DNA of 64,000 bases. Source: Eledone cirrhosa. Its lineage: Eukaryota. Below, in pieces: positions 1 to 10,212 of this stretch. A program made the position numbers and the translations under genes. Where the stretch lies: assembly GCA_964016885.1 (NCBI GenBank), contig OZ024749.1:16988001-17052000 (forward strand). The letters run 5' to 3'. Below the pieces are notes generated by a model. It searched no databases, had not been told where the DNA came from, and saw only the letters and a program-made list of their open reading frames with translations. The stretch's first letter is position 1, and each line of letters opens with the position of its first letter.

Positions 1-64
1 CTAGAGAAGGAGAGAGAATGAGAGAGAGGAAGTGAGAAAGAAATATAGAGAGGAAGAACAGAGC
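1..64. repeat. GA-rich simple repeat
   Basis: Imperfect purine-rich (GA)n/(AG)n tract at the window start. Confidence 0.7.
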
Positions 65-77
65 CCTGTGGTAGACA

Positions 78-185
78 GCTACTTTTTTGTTATCAACCTT
101 GAATGGACGAAAGGCAAAGTTGACCTCAGCAGGATTTAAACTCAGAGCAGAGAACCAGAACAAATATGGCAGAAAGCGTTCTATC
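78..185 (-). mobile_element. tRNA-derived SINE fragment (copy 1)
   Basis: Reverse complement contains a B-box-like GAGTTTAAATCC (plus 132-143) followed by GAGGTCAACTTTGCCTTTCGTCCATTCAAGGTTGATAA. This core matches the copies at 205-428 and 1056-1249. Confidence 0.75.
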
Positions 186-204
186 TATTGTTTTGTAGAC
201 TTTA

Positions 205-428
205 AATAACTGTTTCTACATTTAACTCAAGGCCAGCTATTGGAACGGAAGGAGAAAGTTGATTAAATCAACCCCAGTGGATTACTGGTACTTTATTTTA
301 CTGAACCTGTGAGGAAGAAAAGTAAAGCTAACCTCAACAAGATTTTAATACAGAATGTAAAGGGATGTAACTATATGACACAAAGCATATCGTCTGACAC
401 TCTACTGATTCTGCAAATCCACCACCCT
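205..428 (-). mobile_element. tRNA-derived SINE, diverged near-full-length copy (copy 2)
   Basis: Reverse complement reads GGTGGTGGATTTGCAGAATCAGTAG (A-box-like) ... GAGGTTAGCTTTACTTTTC ... AAAATAAAGTACCAGTAATCCACTGGGG ... GCTGGCCTTGAG ... AGAAACAGTTATT. It is colinear with the plus-strand copy at 1056-1249. Confidence 0.75.
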
Positions 429-880
429 CAACAATGCAATGAGATTGTGTCTCTGTAAGAGCCCTTAATGACAAATAATATGAAGAGGTACTTTCTACAA
501 AGTGTATTTGTTAATTACAATACAAAAGCTCTGAGAATGATTTCCAACATATTTCACCATAATAAATGTTCATCAATATTATTATTATGTTCTGCTAGCA
601 TGTGTAGTGTGCATATTGATATTATACTCAGGTATATATACATGTAGATATGATGCATCAAATAAAATTGTAATTGACAATATATAATACATAGAAATTG
701 AACGAAGACTGTGTTACACTGTCTTATTTAATCAGTAACGTAATCCATGATAGATTAAAAAAAGAAGATATTATATATAAACTGCATTAGGAGAAAATTA
801 GTGACGGAAATATATGAATGTTTATTTAAGCGATGGCTAACCGGAAGTTTTGACATTTGAGAAATTTTAAAGAAGCGAAA

Positions 881-1039
881 CTTTAAATAAACAAAATATA
901 TTTAATCAACGGCCACAAAATTTAGTAGATAAATTATGTAATATTCATTCATTATTTATTCAAAGTAATGAATGAATATTACATAATTTATCTACTAAAT
1001 TTCCTGGCGGTTGATTAAATATATTTTGTTTATTTAAAG
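881..1039. repeat. 74-bp inverted repeat (foldback) with 11-nt spacer
   Basis: 881-954 is the reverse complement of 966-1039 with 3 mismatches; the spacer is TTTATTCAAAG. Confidence 0.95.
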
Positions 1040-1055
1040 ATTCACGTCACCAAAA

Positions 1056-1249
1056 GGGTTGGTGGATTGGCAGTATTCATAGAGGGTCAGACTCCATGCT
1101 TTCCAGCATAGAGTTATGGCCCTTGCTATTCTGAGTTCAAATCCTGCCAAGGTTAACTTTGCCTTTTTTCCTTACGGGGTCGATAAAATAGAGTACCAGT
1201 AATGCACTGGGTAATTGCTGGCCTTGTACCAAAAGTAGAAACAATTATT
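1056..1249 (+). mobile_element. tRNA-derived SINE (copy 3) with 20-bp target-site duplication
   Basis: A-box-like TGGCAGTATTCATAG, B-box GAGTTCAAATCC (1133-1144), core GGTTAACTTTGCCTTTTTTCCTTACGGGGTCGATAAAATAGAGTACCAG. Direct repeat ATTATTTATTCAAAGTAATG at 951-970 and 1244-1263. Confidence 0.85.
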
Positions 1250-1340
1250 TATTCAAAGTAATGTAACTTATTTTACTAATGGGATAACAAATTATAAACC
1301 GTATGCAGTCCCGCGCTCCTTACTTTATTATAGTTTAGAT

Positions 1341-1640
1341 TTATTAGGTCAGGTGGATTGGCCAGAACAATTCTACTCTTCTTTTTTAGATGTCACAATC
1401 TTCCATGGCATTCCTGAGATCATTAATCTCCAGCTGGACATCCTGAGACATCTGATCTATGTAGGTCAATCTCAGTCATCCCACTAGGGTCTTACAATGT
1501 TTAGGTGTCCACAACAATAGCCAGCTCATCCTACCCTCAGTAGCAATGTCCAGCATATCTTGTCCTCCGCTCCCTAGTTATTGTGGTAATCTTTGATATA
1601 TGTCAGTATATTTTTTCCCTTTGAGTAATGTATTAAAAAA
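1341..1640 (-). mobile_element. Degenerate RTE-type LINE ORF2 C-terminal fragment (copy A)
   Basis: Manual minus-strand translation gives KITTITRERRTRYAGHCY..ELA..LLWTPKHCKTLVG*LRLTYIDQMSQDVQLEINDLRNAMED..RRV. This resembles the RTE ORF2 C-terminus (RRLRFAGH...LW.P.HG.R..GRP..TYID...AM.DR..W) and has multiple stops. Confidence 0.65.
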
Positions 1641-1666
1641 TAAAAATAATAATATATATATATATA

Positions 1667-2160
1667 CCGGAATTGTGATAACTACCAATCACCCAGACAG
1701 CTCTCGGTGCTGTTTCGCAATATTAATTGTAAATAGAAATACCAATTCTAGCTCATCAGTGGGTGAAGAATTAGTATCCTAGACACTTCTTTCAGTTTCT
1801 TAATATACTTAGAAGCGGCATCAGGGGTGAGTGGCTGGCTGCTACCAGCCTAGGTGCTAGGCACAACTGTGTGGGTGGAAGGGAAAATGCTGATAAGAGG
1901 GCTTCATAGCTCACCTACACCAGATCTGAAGGCGTCAGAAGACGAGAGAGATACGAAGGGGGTGCATGGAGGGGACACACACAAGAAGGTAGAATGTTAG
2001 CAAATAAATAAATGAATGAATGGATGAATATACAAAAAAGAAAACAGGGGGTTGTTCCCAGCGGGAAGACCCAGAGTTCAGCACGCTCACATGCGAGCAT
2101 GTTAGCAGTTTCTCATAGAACCTTGTGGCTAAAGGTGAGTCTTTCAATCCTGAAAACATA
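1667..2160 (-). mobile_element. Probable Penelope-like element 3' fragment / pseudo-LTR
   Basis: Minus-strand peptide CERAELWVFPLGTTP weakly resembles the C-terminal E...IF.LGT..P motif of PLE GIY-YIG endonucleases. It is followed by a pyrimidine-rich UTR and a hammerhead ribozyme, then abuts a (TA)n tract. Confidence 0.4.
1690..1765 (-). ncRNA. Type I hammerhead ribozyme
   Basis: Minus strand: CACCCA-CTGATGA-GC[32 nt]GC-GAAA-CAGC(ACCGAGA)GCTG-TC-TGGGTG. Conserved core CUGAUGA/GAAA, 6-bp stem I, 4-bp stem III plus the A-U pair, and a GUC cleavage triplet (cut between 1696 and 1695). Confidence 0.85.
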
Positions 2161-2500
2161 TGTTGTTGTTATTGTCACTGATGATGGAGTCGGCTTCTTC
2201 TTGTTAATGGTAATGGTAGTGTTTGTTGGTAAATTGTTGGTGTATACACATATATGTTGTTGTTGTTAATGTCACCGCTGCTGTCACTGCCTTCCTCTTG
2301 TTGATGGTGGTGGTAGTTGAAACTGATACCTATTCGGGCTGTCAGGCTGGTTGCTGGGGATCGAACGCCTTCTTTAACCGAAGATGCGGGGACGTTATTG
2401 TCACTGTTTCTGTCACTGCCTTCCTCTTGTTAATGGTAGTGATAATTGTTGGTGCTACCTATATCGGCTGTCAAGCTGGCTGCTGTATCAGCTTCTGTGA
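2160..2500. repeat. Imperfect ~110-130-bp tandem repeat, GTT/GGT-rich (2-3 copies)
   Basis: CTGTCACTGCCTTCCTCTTGTT.ATGGT.GTG...GCTGTCA.GCTGG.TGCTG occurs at ~2281 and ~2410, with a more diverged copy at ~2172. Confidence 0.7.
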
Positions 2501-2739
2501 CTGACGCTCCAATGGCATCGTTTGGTAAAACAACGGCAAATAAATATATTCAGTATTTTTATTTTTATTTATTTCTAATCTGATTCAATATCATCAATTG
2601 GAAAGACCAATGGAAACATTGATTCCTTGGTCCAATCTGATGAGTTCCACTCCACTTGGTAAGTAAGAGCTGAGATGTTGAGATTTATTACAAAAAAATC
2701 ACTAAAATCAAGATCCTGGGTTGATATAACTACCTGGTT

Positions 2740-2836
2740 TATGTGTCTGTTGTGGTGTGGTATGTGGTGTGTCATGGTGTTTTGACATGGTATGTGTGTG
2801 TATGCAGGGTGATGTGTTGTTATGTGTGTGTAGTGT
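2740..2836. repeat. TG-rich low-complexity tract
   Basis: Degenerate (TGTGG)/(TG)n runs. Confidence 0.65.
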
Positions 2837-3155
2837 AAAGGAAATTTTACACACATAGGACCTAAAAGGGGTGTGAGGACTCTACCCCCTACAACCCCCT
2901 CAGAAAGAAAAAGAGAAGAAAAAGAGAAGAAAGTTGTAAAGTATTTTCAAATGTGAATTATCTTTTTAAAAAGTCAAAATTTCAACTGTCAGGAAAGTAC
3001 CATCCAACAAATATTAAAGTTATGCAATTGTTTTTATTTACACATGTGGATATTTTGTCATAAATATAAATATAAACCAGTTAGGGTTTACAAAATAAAC
3101 ACACATAAACACATCAACGTTTTTTGTTTTTTTAAATGATGTAGTCATAAGGGTG

Positions 3156-3630
3156 TAAATAATCAAAATATATTTAATCAACAGCTACAAAATTTAGTAG
3201 ATAAATTATGTAATATTCGTTCATTGTTTATTCAAAGTAATCCAACTTATTTTACTAATGGGATAAAAAATGATAAACTGTATACATCACCGCGCTTCTT
3301 ACTTTATTATAGTTTAGATTTATTAGGTCAGGTGGATTGGCCAGAACAATTCTACTCTTCTTCTTTAGATGTCACGATCTTCCATGGCATTCCTGAGATC
3401 ATTAATCTCCAGCTGGACATCCTGAGACATCTGATCTATGTAGGTCAATCTCAGTCATCGCTCTAGGGTCTTACAATGTTTAGGTATCTACAACAATAGC
3501 TAGCTCATCCTACCCTCAGTAGCAATGTCCAGCATATCTTGTCCTCCGCTCCCTAATTATTGTGGTAATCTTTGATATATGTCAGTATATATCTTTCCTT
3601 TGAGTAATGTATTAAAAAATAAAACTAACA

Positions 3631-3650
<20 letters not shown>
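3156..3650 (+). repeat. Local duplication copy B (empty site for the SINE insertion)
   Basis: Aligns to 884-970 plus 1264-1666 and has a single copy of the target sequence (ATTGTTTATTCAAAGTAATC, 3223-3242). Confidence 0.9.
3320..3620 (-). mobile_element. Degenerate RTE-type LINE ORF2 C-terminal fragment (copy B)
   Basis: Paralog of 1341-1640 inside the duplicated segment. Confidence 0.65.
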
Positions 3651-3663
<13 letters not shown>

Positions 3664-3664
3664 T
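3631..3664. repeat. (TA)n(CA)n microsatellite
   Basis: Direct read. Confidence 0.9.
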
Positions 3665-3744
3665 GTATGTTGAGATGTATAAGATTTCTCAAGCTTCACA
3701 TTTTATATTCTGCCTTCCAAAGTGTGTCTGTATATTGGTGTTTT

Positions 3745-4273
<529 letters not shown>

Positions 4274-4392
4274 ATTTCATAAAGGAATCTCACCACTTTC
4301 ACTCATATATTAAGAAATGTAGCATTCAGTTGGTAAAGTAATAAGATGTATGAGAGTGTAAGACTGATCTTGGAAGAAGAAAAAGCAAGTGC

Positions 4393-4398
<6 letters not shown>

Positions 4399-4437
<39 letters not shown>

Positions 4438-4455
4438 AGTGTGTGTATATATATA
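4399..4455. repeat. (TA)n(TG)n microsatellite
   Basis: Direct read. Confidence 0.9.
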
Positions 4456-4584
4456 TTTTTTTTAATTTTTGTTAAGGTGAGAGAAGCTCTATTCACAATA
4501 ACATCCTCAGCTCATAAATCAGACGAATAAGTTTTTGTAATTTAAGGTAGAATTAGAATTTGTTCTATTAAGGTTTCTAATGCT

Positions 4585-5862
4585 GTGCACATCCAATCCG
4601 ACAAAAATGGCAATCTATATCAAGTGGAGTGCAGTACTTACCATCACCTGCTACATAATGCTGTAACTAAGGATTACCGTAAAACTAATCAGAACGTCAT
4701 TAATGAAATCAACGATGTTGGGTTTAATATCCCCTCTGATCTCAACATCCTGGACCGGACCGAATCTCTGGACCCTATTTCTCGCCACTTTACCCTGAAG
4801 GATCAGAAATACAATTTCCCGAACAACCCCTCTATTCGGCTTATTAACCCTACGAAGTCCGATTTAGGTAGACTTAGTAAAAGGATTTTAGATAAGATTA
4901 TACCTGAAATTAGAAGTTTGGCCCCTCTTGCACTGTGGAACAATTCTTTCTTGGTGATTGATTGGTTCAACGGCATATGCAACAAGGAACATTGCCGTTT
5001 TATCCAATTCGACATCAATAATTACTACTCCCCTATCACTTTACCACTTCTCCTTAGAGCTATCAATTTCACTAAAACACTCACAGTGGTTAAGGATTTC
5101 GAAGTTGATGTTATCCTCAATGCCCGTAAGTCGGTGATTAATTTCGACGACTCTATTTGAATTAAAAAATCTAATAGTACCCCATTCTATGTGAGTATGG
5201 GAGCCAGTGATTCTGCGGAGGTTACTGATCTTATCGGCCTTTTCCTTCTTTTCTCTATCAAGGAAGAATTCCCCAACGTGGGCAGTGGTTCATACCGTGA
5301 CAACGGTCTTTTGACCATGACAAAGTGCGGCCCACGTGCTTGCGACGGGATCAGAAAAGAACTCACAGCCTTCTTTAAAGGCTTCAACCTCTCCATACAG
5401 GTTGAGGCCAACCTCTCAGTCGTTAATTACCTCGATGTTACCCTCGATTTGTCGAATGGCTTGCACTACCTGTATAGAAAGCCGAATGATATGCTTAATT
5501 ACAGAAGTAAGCATTCTAACCATCCTGCCAGCATAACTAAGAACCTGGTAAGAAACGTTTCTTTGAGGCTTTCCCATTTATCTACAAACGAGCATATTTT
5601 CAATGACCATTCCAAATATTACAATGAAGCTCTTGCTCAGAGTGGATTTGTCGATAAGGTAGCATATACAGAGTACGAGAATAGACCTATGAAAAATAGA
5701 TCCCGACGCATTATATGGTATAACCCACCATATAATATGGAGGTGGCCACACCTTTAGCTAAGATCTTTCTCTCCCTTATTATAAAGCATTTCCCCCCAG
5801 CACATAAATATAATAAAATTTTTTATAGAAATACCATTAAAATTTCTTACTCTATGACTCCT
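4585..5862 (+). mobile_element. Penelope-like element reverse transcriptase pseudogene (truncated before the GIY-YIG domain)
   Basis: ORFs 4585-5160 and 5191-5922 share a frame separated by one TGA. Motifs: SDKNGN, TLKDQK, RLINPTKSDLG, FIQFDI..YY, MGASDSAEVTDLIG, YRDN (decayed YRDD), YLDVTLDL, YRKP, SNHP, RIIWYNPPY, KISYS. These are typical of PLE RT and thumb regions; the clade (Naiad/Neptune-like) is not verified. Confidence 0.88.
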
Positions 5863-5885
5863 ATGTGTATGTACGTATATGGATG

Positions 5886-6156
5886 TCATCATCACCGTTT
5901 TACATCCGTTCTTCCACGCTAGCATGGGTTTGACGGGCTGTCCTGTTGTGGGCAGTGTCTGGTCGGCTGACCATGCCTTGCTCATACAGGAACTGATTTG
6001 GCTTGATTTCTACAGCTGGATACCCTTCCTAACACCAACCTCATTTACAGTGAGTGCTGGGTGCTTTTTCGTGGCGCCTACACGACCACTTTACAGTGTG
6101 GGCTGGGTGCTTTTTTGCCATAGCACCTCCACGACCACCTTGCAGTGGGGGGGGGG
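5886..6156 (-). mobile_element. RTE LINE 3' UTR/tail fragment containing ~2.3 copies of the ~48-bp internal repeat
   Basis: Begins with a (CAT)n tail and CGTTTTACATCCGTTCTTCCACGCTAGCATGGGTTTGACGG, and contains GGATACCCTTCCTAACACCAACC. It is the reverse-complement homolog of 9700-9962. Repeat units at 6039-6085, 6086-6134 and from 6135. Confidence 0.85.
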
Positions 6157-6237
6157 GCATGTATATATTTAATTTCAATTACCTCTGTATTTTATTTACT
6201 TTATTCTTAACTCTGAAGCCAAGAATCATTCGGTTTC

Positions 6238-6497
6238 CTAAATAGAATTATAATCTACGACTTCAGTTATACCATTTACGTGGTTTTGTCTTTGCGTGTA
6301 TTGTTCTCATTATCTTCGTTTTTTCTATTCATTGACAGAGAACGTGTCCATGAACCACCTAATAGAATATTGGTCTACGACTTCATTTATACCATAAACG
6401 TGGTTTTGTCTTTGCGTGTAATTGTTTTCAACGCACCAAATAATGATGTATTATCTTCGTTTTTTCCGTTCTTTGCCAGGGAACGTTTCCATGAACC
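6238..6497. repeat. Two-copy ~120-bp tandem duplication
   Basis: AATAGAAT..TCTACGACTTCA.TTATACCAT..ACGTGGTTTTGTCTTTGCGTGTA...TTATCTTCGTTTTTTC...GAACGT.TCCATGAACCA starts at 6241 and 6361; the second copy has a ~20-bp insertion. Confidence 0.85.
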
Positions 6498-6725
6498 AAA
6501 GTATCGTCTTCTTGTCTTCCTTCGGTTGCAACGTTTTTTGAATTATTCCCTTCTGCATTCACAGATTGACTTTGTTAGTTTCAGAAGATCCCACACCACA
6601 TATATACTATATATAATATTGTCCAATATATATAGACTATATGTCATGTTGTCCAAGGGAAAGGCTGATATAGATCGGTACCAGTGACATTACAACAATT
6701 ATATACACTATATATATATATATAT

Positions 6726-9700
6726 GGGTGGGAAATGACAATGGGCTGGGTGGGGTAGGAATCATGTTAGCAGAAAAATGGGTGGATAAGATAATAGACG
6801 TAAATAGAGTGAATGACAGAATAATTAAAATAAGACTTGTTCTAAATAGAATTACTGTGACAGTAATATCTGCGTACGCACCCCAATCCGGACTGCCTGG
6901 CGTTATAAAAGAGAGATTCTATGAGACACTGATGCTCACTACCTCCCAAATAACCGACAGTGACTACATAATTATTGCTGGCGACCTAAATGGTCACGTT
7001 GGACAACATTGTGACGGCTATGGGTTTGGTACTAGAAATGAGGAAGGCTCCAGAATCCTGGAATTCTGTGACACAAATAACCTAACTATCTGTAACACTA
7101 ACTTAAAAAAACGAGACAATCACTTGATCACCTACAGACCAGGGGAACATACCAGCCAGGTAGATTATATCCTTACCAGAAGACGTGACAGAGTGTCTGT
7201 TGTAAACACTAAATCCCTCCCCCATGAAGAATGCACCTCCCAACATAGACTGATAATTAGCGACCTCATAGTCAGGACAAGACGTACTCGACAACAGAAG
7301 AGGACTATCCTCAGGAGAAAAATATGGAAGCTAAAGGACCCCACAGCCAGAAATAAATTTAAAAGCATATTACTTGATGCTTTCGACAGTAAGGAAGAGC
7401 ATTTAGAGTCGTACAATATAGAGGAACAGTGGGAATTCCTGAAAGCTAACCTGCTGATGGCGGCAGATGAAGTCTTTGACTGGAACAGGCCTATAGGCAG
7501 GAGGAGAGTAACATGGTGGTGGAACAGTAAGGTGGAGGAGTCAATTAAGGCCAAAAAGCAGGTTTGGAAAGTATGGCGGGATGGGGGAAGTAGAGAAGAC
7601 TATCAAGTGGCCAGGAGGGAAGCTAGGAGACAAGTGTACTTAGCAAGAAGGGAAGCAGAGGAAAGAAAGTTCAAGCATGTTCTACAACGCGAGGACCAAA
7701 AACGTGAGATGTTCAGGATTGCTAGGCAATGTGTCAAGGAAAACCGTGATATTGTCGGGGAGAAGTGTGTCCTTAATGATGATGGTGTACTTGCCATCAC
7801 TGACGCTGATAAGAAGGTAGCTTGGAAGTGTCACTACGAAAGGCTACTAAATGAGGAGAATAAATGGGAGAAAGACAGTCTCCCCCACATCGACCCAATA
7901 GAGGGACCAGCAGTGTTAGTCGAAGGTAGTATAGTAAGTAAGGCAATCAAAGATATGAAGACGGGTAAGGCGGCTGGGCCTTCGGAAATAGTTGCTGAAA
8001 TGCTAAAAGCATCTGGAACGGTGGGACACACCATGGTCACCCGGATAGTAAACTAAGTCATACAGAATGAGGTTGTTCCGAAGGACTGGCGTAGCAGCAT
8101 CATCATTAACTGCTACAAGGGTAAAGGAGATGCCCTAGATAGGAGTAACTATAGAGGCATTAAATTAATCGACCAGGTCATGAAGGTCACAGAAAAAGTA
8201 ATAGCTCAACTAATCAGAGAGAGAATTGATCTAGATGAAATGCAGTTCGGGTTTGTGTCAGGTAAAAGTACCACAGACGCTCTTTTCATTGTACGACAAC
8301 TACAGGAGAAGTACCTAGCTAAAAGTAAACCCCTATACTTAGCTTTTGTCGACTTGGAGAAAGCCTTCGACAGAGTCCCCCATTCCATTATCTGGTGGGC
8401 TCTTAGAAAACTAGGTGTAGATGAATGGCTTGTGAGAGCTATACAAGCCATGGATAAAGAAACAGTCAGCAAGGTTAGAATTAACAACGAATATAGTGAA
8501 GAGTTTAGCGTAAAAGTTGGTGTTCATCAGGGCTCCGTTCTTAGCCTCCTACTATTTATTATTGCCCTTCAGGCTATAACAGTGGAGTTCAAGACCGGCT
8601 GCCCATGGGAACTCCTATACGCAGATGATCTAACACTCATAGCTGAATCAATGGCCGAACTAGAGAAGAAATTCCAAACATGGAAGCATGGCCTAGAATC
8701 AAAAGGCCTTAAAATTAACCTGTCTAAGACTAAAGTTCTAGTTTGTAGGAAGGAAAATAGGGCACCGGTCCCATCCGGGAAATGGCCATGCTCAGTGTGT
8801 AGAAAAGGAGTAGGTAGAAACTCCATTTTATGTCCCAAATGCAAAGTATGGGTGCATAAAAGATGTAGTGGGTTCACAGGTAAGCTAACAAAGAACATAG
8901 ATTTTATATGTGGCCGGTGCTCTGGTGCAATAAGTAGCAGCAAGTGCCCATAGAATACTAGCTCATTCCATTGCACAGATGGTTCTATAGAAATAGTGGA
9001 CAGCTTCCGTTACCTGGGTGACAAAATCAGCAGTGGGAGAGGGTGCTCTGAAAGTACAGTAGCTAGAGTCAGAACTGGATGGAAAAAGTTCAGAGAGCTT
9101 ACACCACTATTAGCCGCTAAAGGGTTCTCCCTAAAAATGAAAGGCAAGCTGTATGATGCCTGCATACGAACAGCAATGTTACATGGCAGTGAGACCTGGG
9201 CATTGTGGAGAGGGCATTGTGGGCATTGTGGAGAGGGACGAAGCTTGCATGCTCCGTTGGATGTGTAATAGTAACATACGTGAACGGCAAAGCATAAACG
9301 AACTAAGGGAAAAATTAGAAATAAGAGGGATCAGATGTTGTTTACTCGAGAGAAGACTACGTTGGTATGGTCACATGATGCGCATGAAAGACGACAGCTG
9401 TATAAAAAAGTGCAGGGCAATAAAAATAGACAGTAGCCACAGAGTAGGCAGACCCAGAAAAACATGGGACGACTTGATAAATTCCGACCTCACACACTTA
9501 TACCTCTCCAAGACAATGTCACTGGACCGAGATCTTTGGCGCTACACAGTAATAGAGAAGACTCGCCTTACCTAAGTACAAAGTGAAACCTAGTACAGTC
9601 AGTAGGCACCTCTAACAAAATACACCCCTGTCCCACTACCCCCACCCCATCCACACCACCCCTTTCAATGTAAAGTTATGTTGGTACCACAACATCCAGT

Positions 9701-9962
9701 CCAAAACAAATGAGGTTGTGTAGGTGTCACAACAAAAAAACACAAAGTCCACGCTGTAATGTGGCCGTGTAGGCAACACGGTAAGAACCTCCCAGCCCCA
9801 CACTGTAAATGTGGTTGGTGTTAGGAAGGGCATCCTGCCGTAGAAAACCCGCCAGACAGTCCTATGCGAGCAAGACAACCACTCTTGCCTCAAGTGGGAA
9901 AACTCCCGTCTAAACCCATGCAAGCGTGGAATATTGACGTTAAACGATGATGATGATGATGA
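6726..9962 (+). mobile_element. 5'-truncated RTE-clade LINE (APE endonuclease + RT + PHD-type finger), 3' UTR and (GAT)n tail
   Basis: APE motifs GGVGIM, SAYAPQ, AGDLNGHVG, QVDYIL, SQHRL. RT motifs QFGF, FVDLEKAFDRV, GVHQGSVLS, LLYADD (8618-8629), FRYLG, RRLRWYGH, GRPRKTW. The UTR ends TTAAAC(GAT)n; the element sits in TA-rich DNA. Confidence 0.95.
6728..9575 (+). pseudogene. RTE ORF2 pseudogene
   Basis: ORFs starting at 6728, 8180 and 8996 are in one frame broken by TAA (8054-8056) and TAG (8951-8953). A frameshift at a short duplicated GGGCATTGTGGAGA scar (~9198-9237) leads into the frame ending at 9575. Confidence 0.9.
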
Positions 9963-10080
9963 TATATACTACATACATACACTATATATAATGTCGATAG
10001 GAATGGCTGAAACAGCTTGACACCAGCATTTATCATATATATAAATGCACTATATATACTATGTATACACTATATATATA

Positions 10081-10212
10081 TCATCATCATCACCATCATC
10101 GATTAACATCTATCTTCCATGGGTTACACAGGTCCTATTTTGAGGCAAGTTGTGTCGGGTGACCGTGACAGCTCATATAGGGGTATTTCTGGCTGGTTAT
10201 ATATGACGCCAA
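10081..10212 (-). mobile_element. RTE 3' tail fragment that runs directly into the satellite
   Basis: (CAT)n tail, then CGATTAACATCTATCTTCCATGGGTT...TTGAGGCAAG...GCTCATATAGG...ACGCCAACC. Homologous to 5886-6040 and to the reverse complement of 9813-9960. Confidence 0.8.

Larger units (their letters stand above)
884..1666 (+). repeat. Local duplication copy A (carries a SINE plus inverted-flank insertion)
   Basis: 884-970 and 1264-1666 align with high identity to 3156-3650. Both copies end in a (TA)n tract. Confidence 0.9.

Noticed and set aside
800-880. ETS-like ACCGGAAGT motif in a small CpG-containing patch as a promoter
   Set aside because: Single short motif with no linked gene or transcript evidence.
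1056-1150. tRNA gene
   Set aside because: A/B-box-like motifs belong to a SINE head; there is no cloverleaf and the homologous copies continue into a SINE core.
2606-2650. Second hammerhead (GAAAC at ~2613 and CTGATGA at 2637-2643)
   Set aside because: Core words are present, but stems I and III cannot form with the required geometry.
2575-2856. 93-aa minus-strand ORF
   Set aside because: The N-terminal half is translated TG-rich low-complexity DNA. The remainder has no motif I recognise; an exon cannot be excluded but is not supported.
5158-5160. In-frame TGA as selenocysteine (reported for some Penelope-like elements)
   Set aside because: The position (DDSI*IKK) fits a Trp codon (TGG>TGA) in the RT rather than a conserved Cys. 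The catalytic YRDD has also decayed to YRDN, and no SECIS was recognised.
6700-9990. Target-site duplication for the RTE LINE
   Set aside because: Both flanks are TA-rich (e.g. ATACACTATATATA occurs on both sides and repeatedly), so a specific duplication cannot be assigned.
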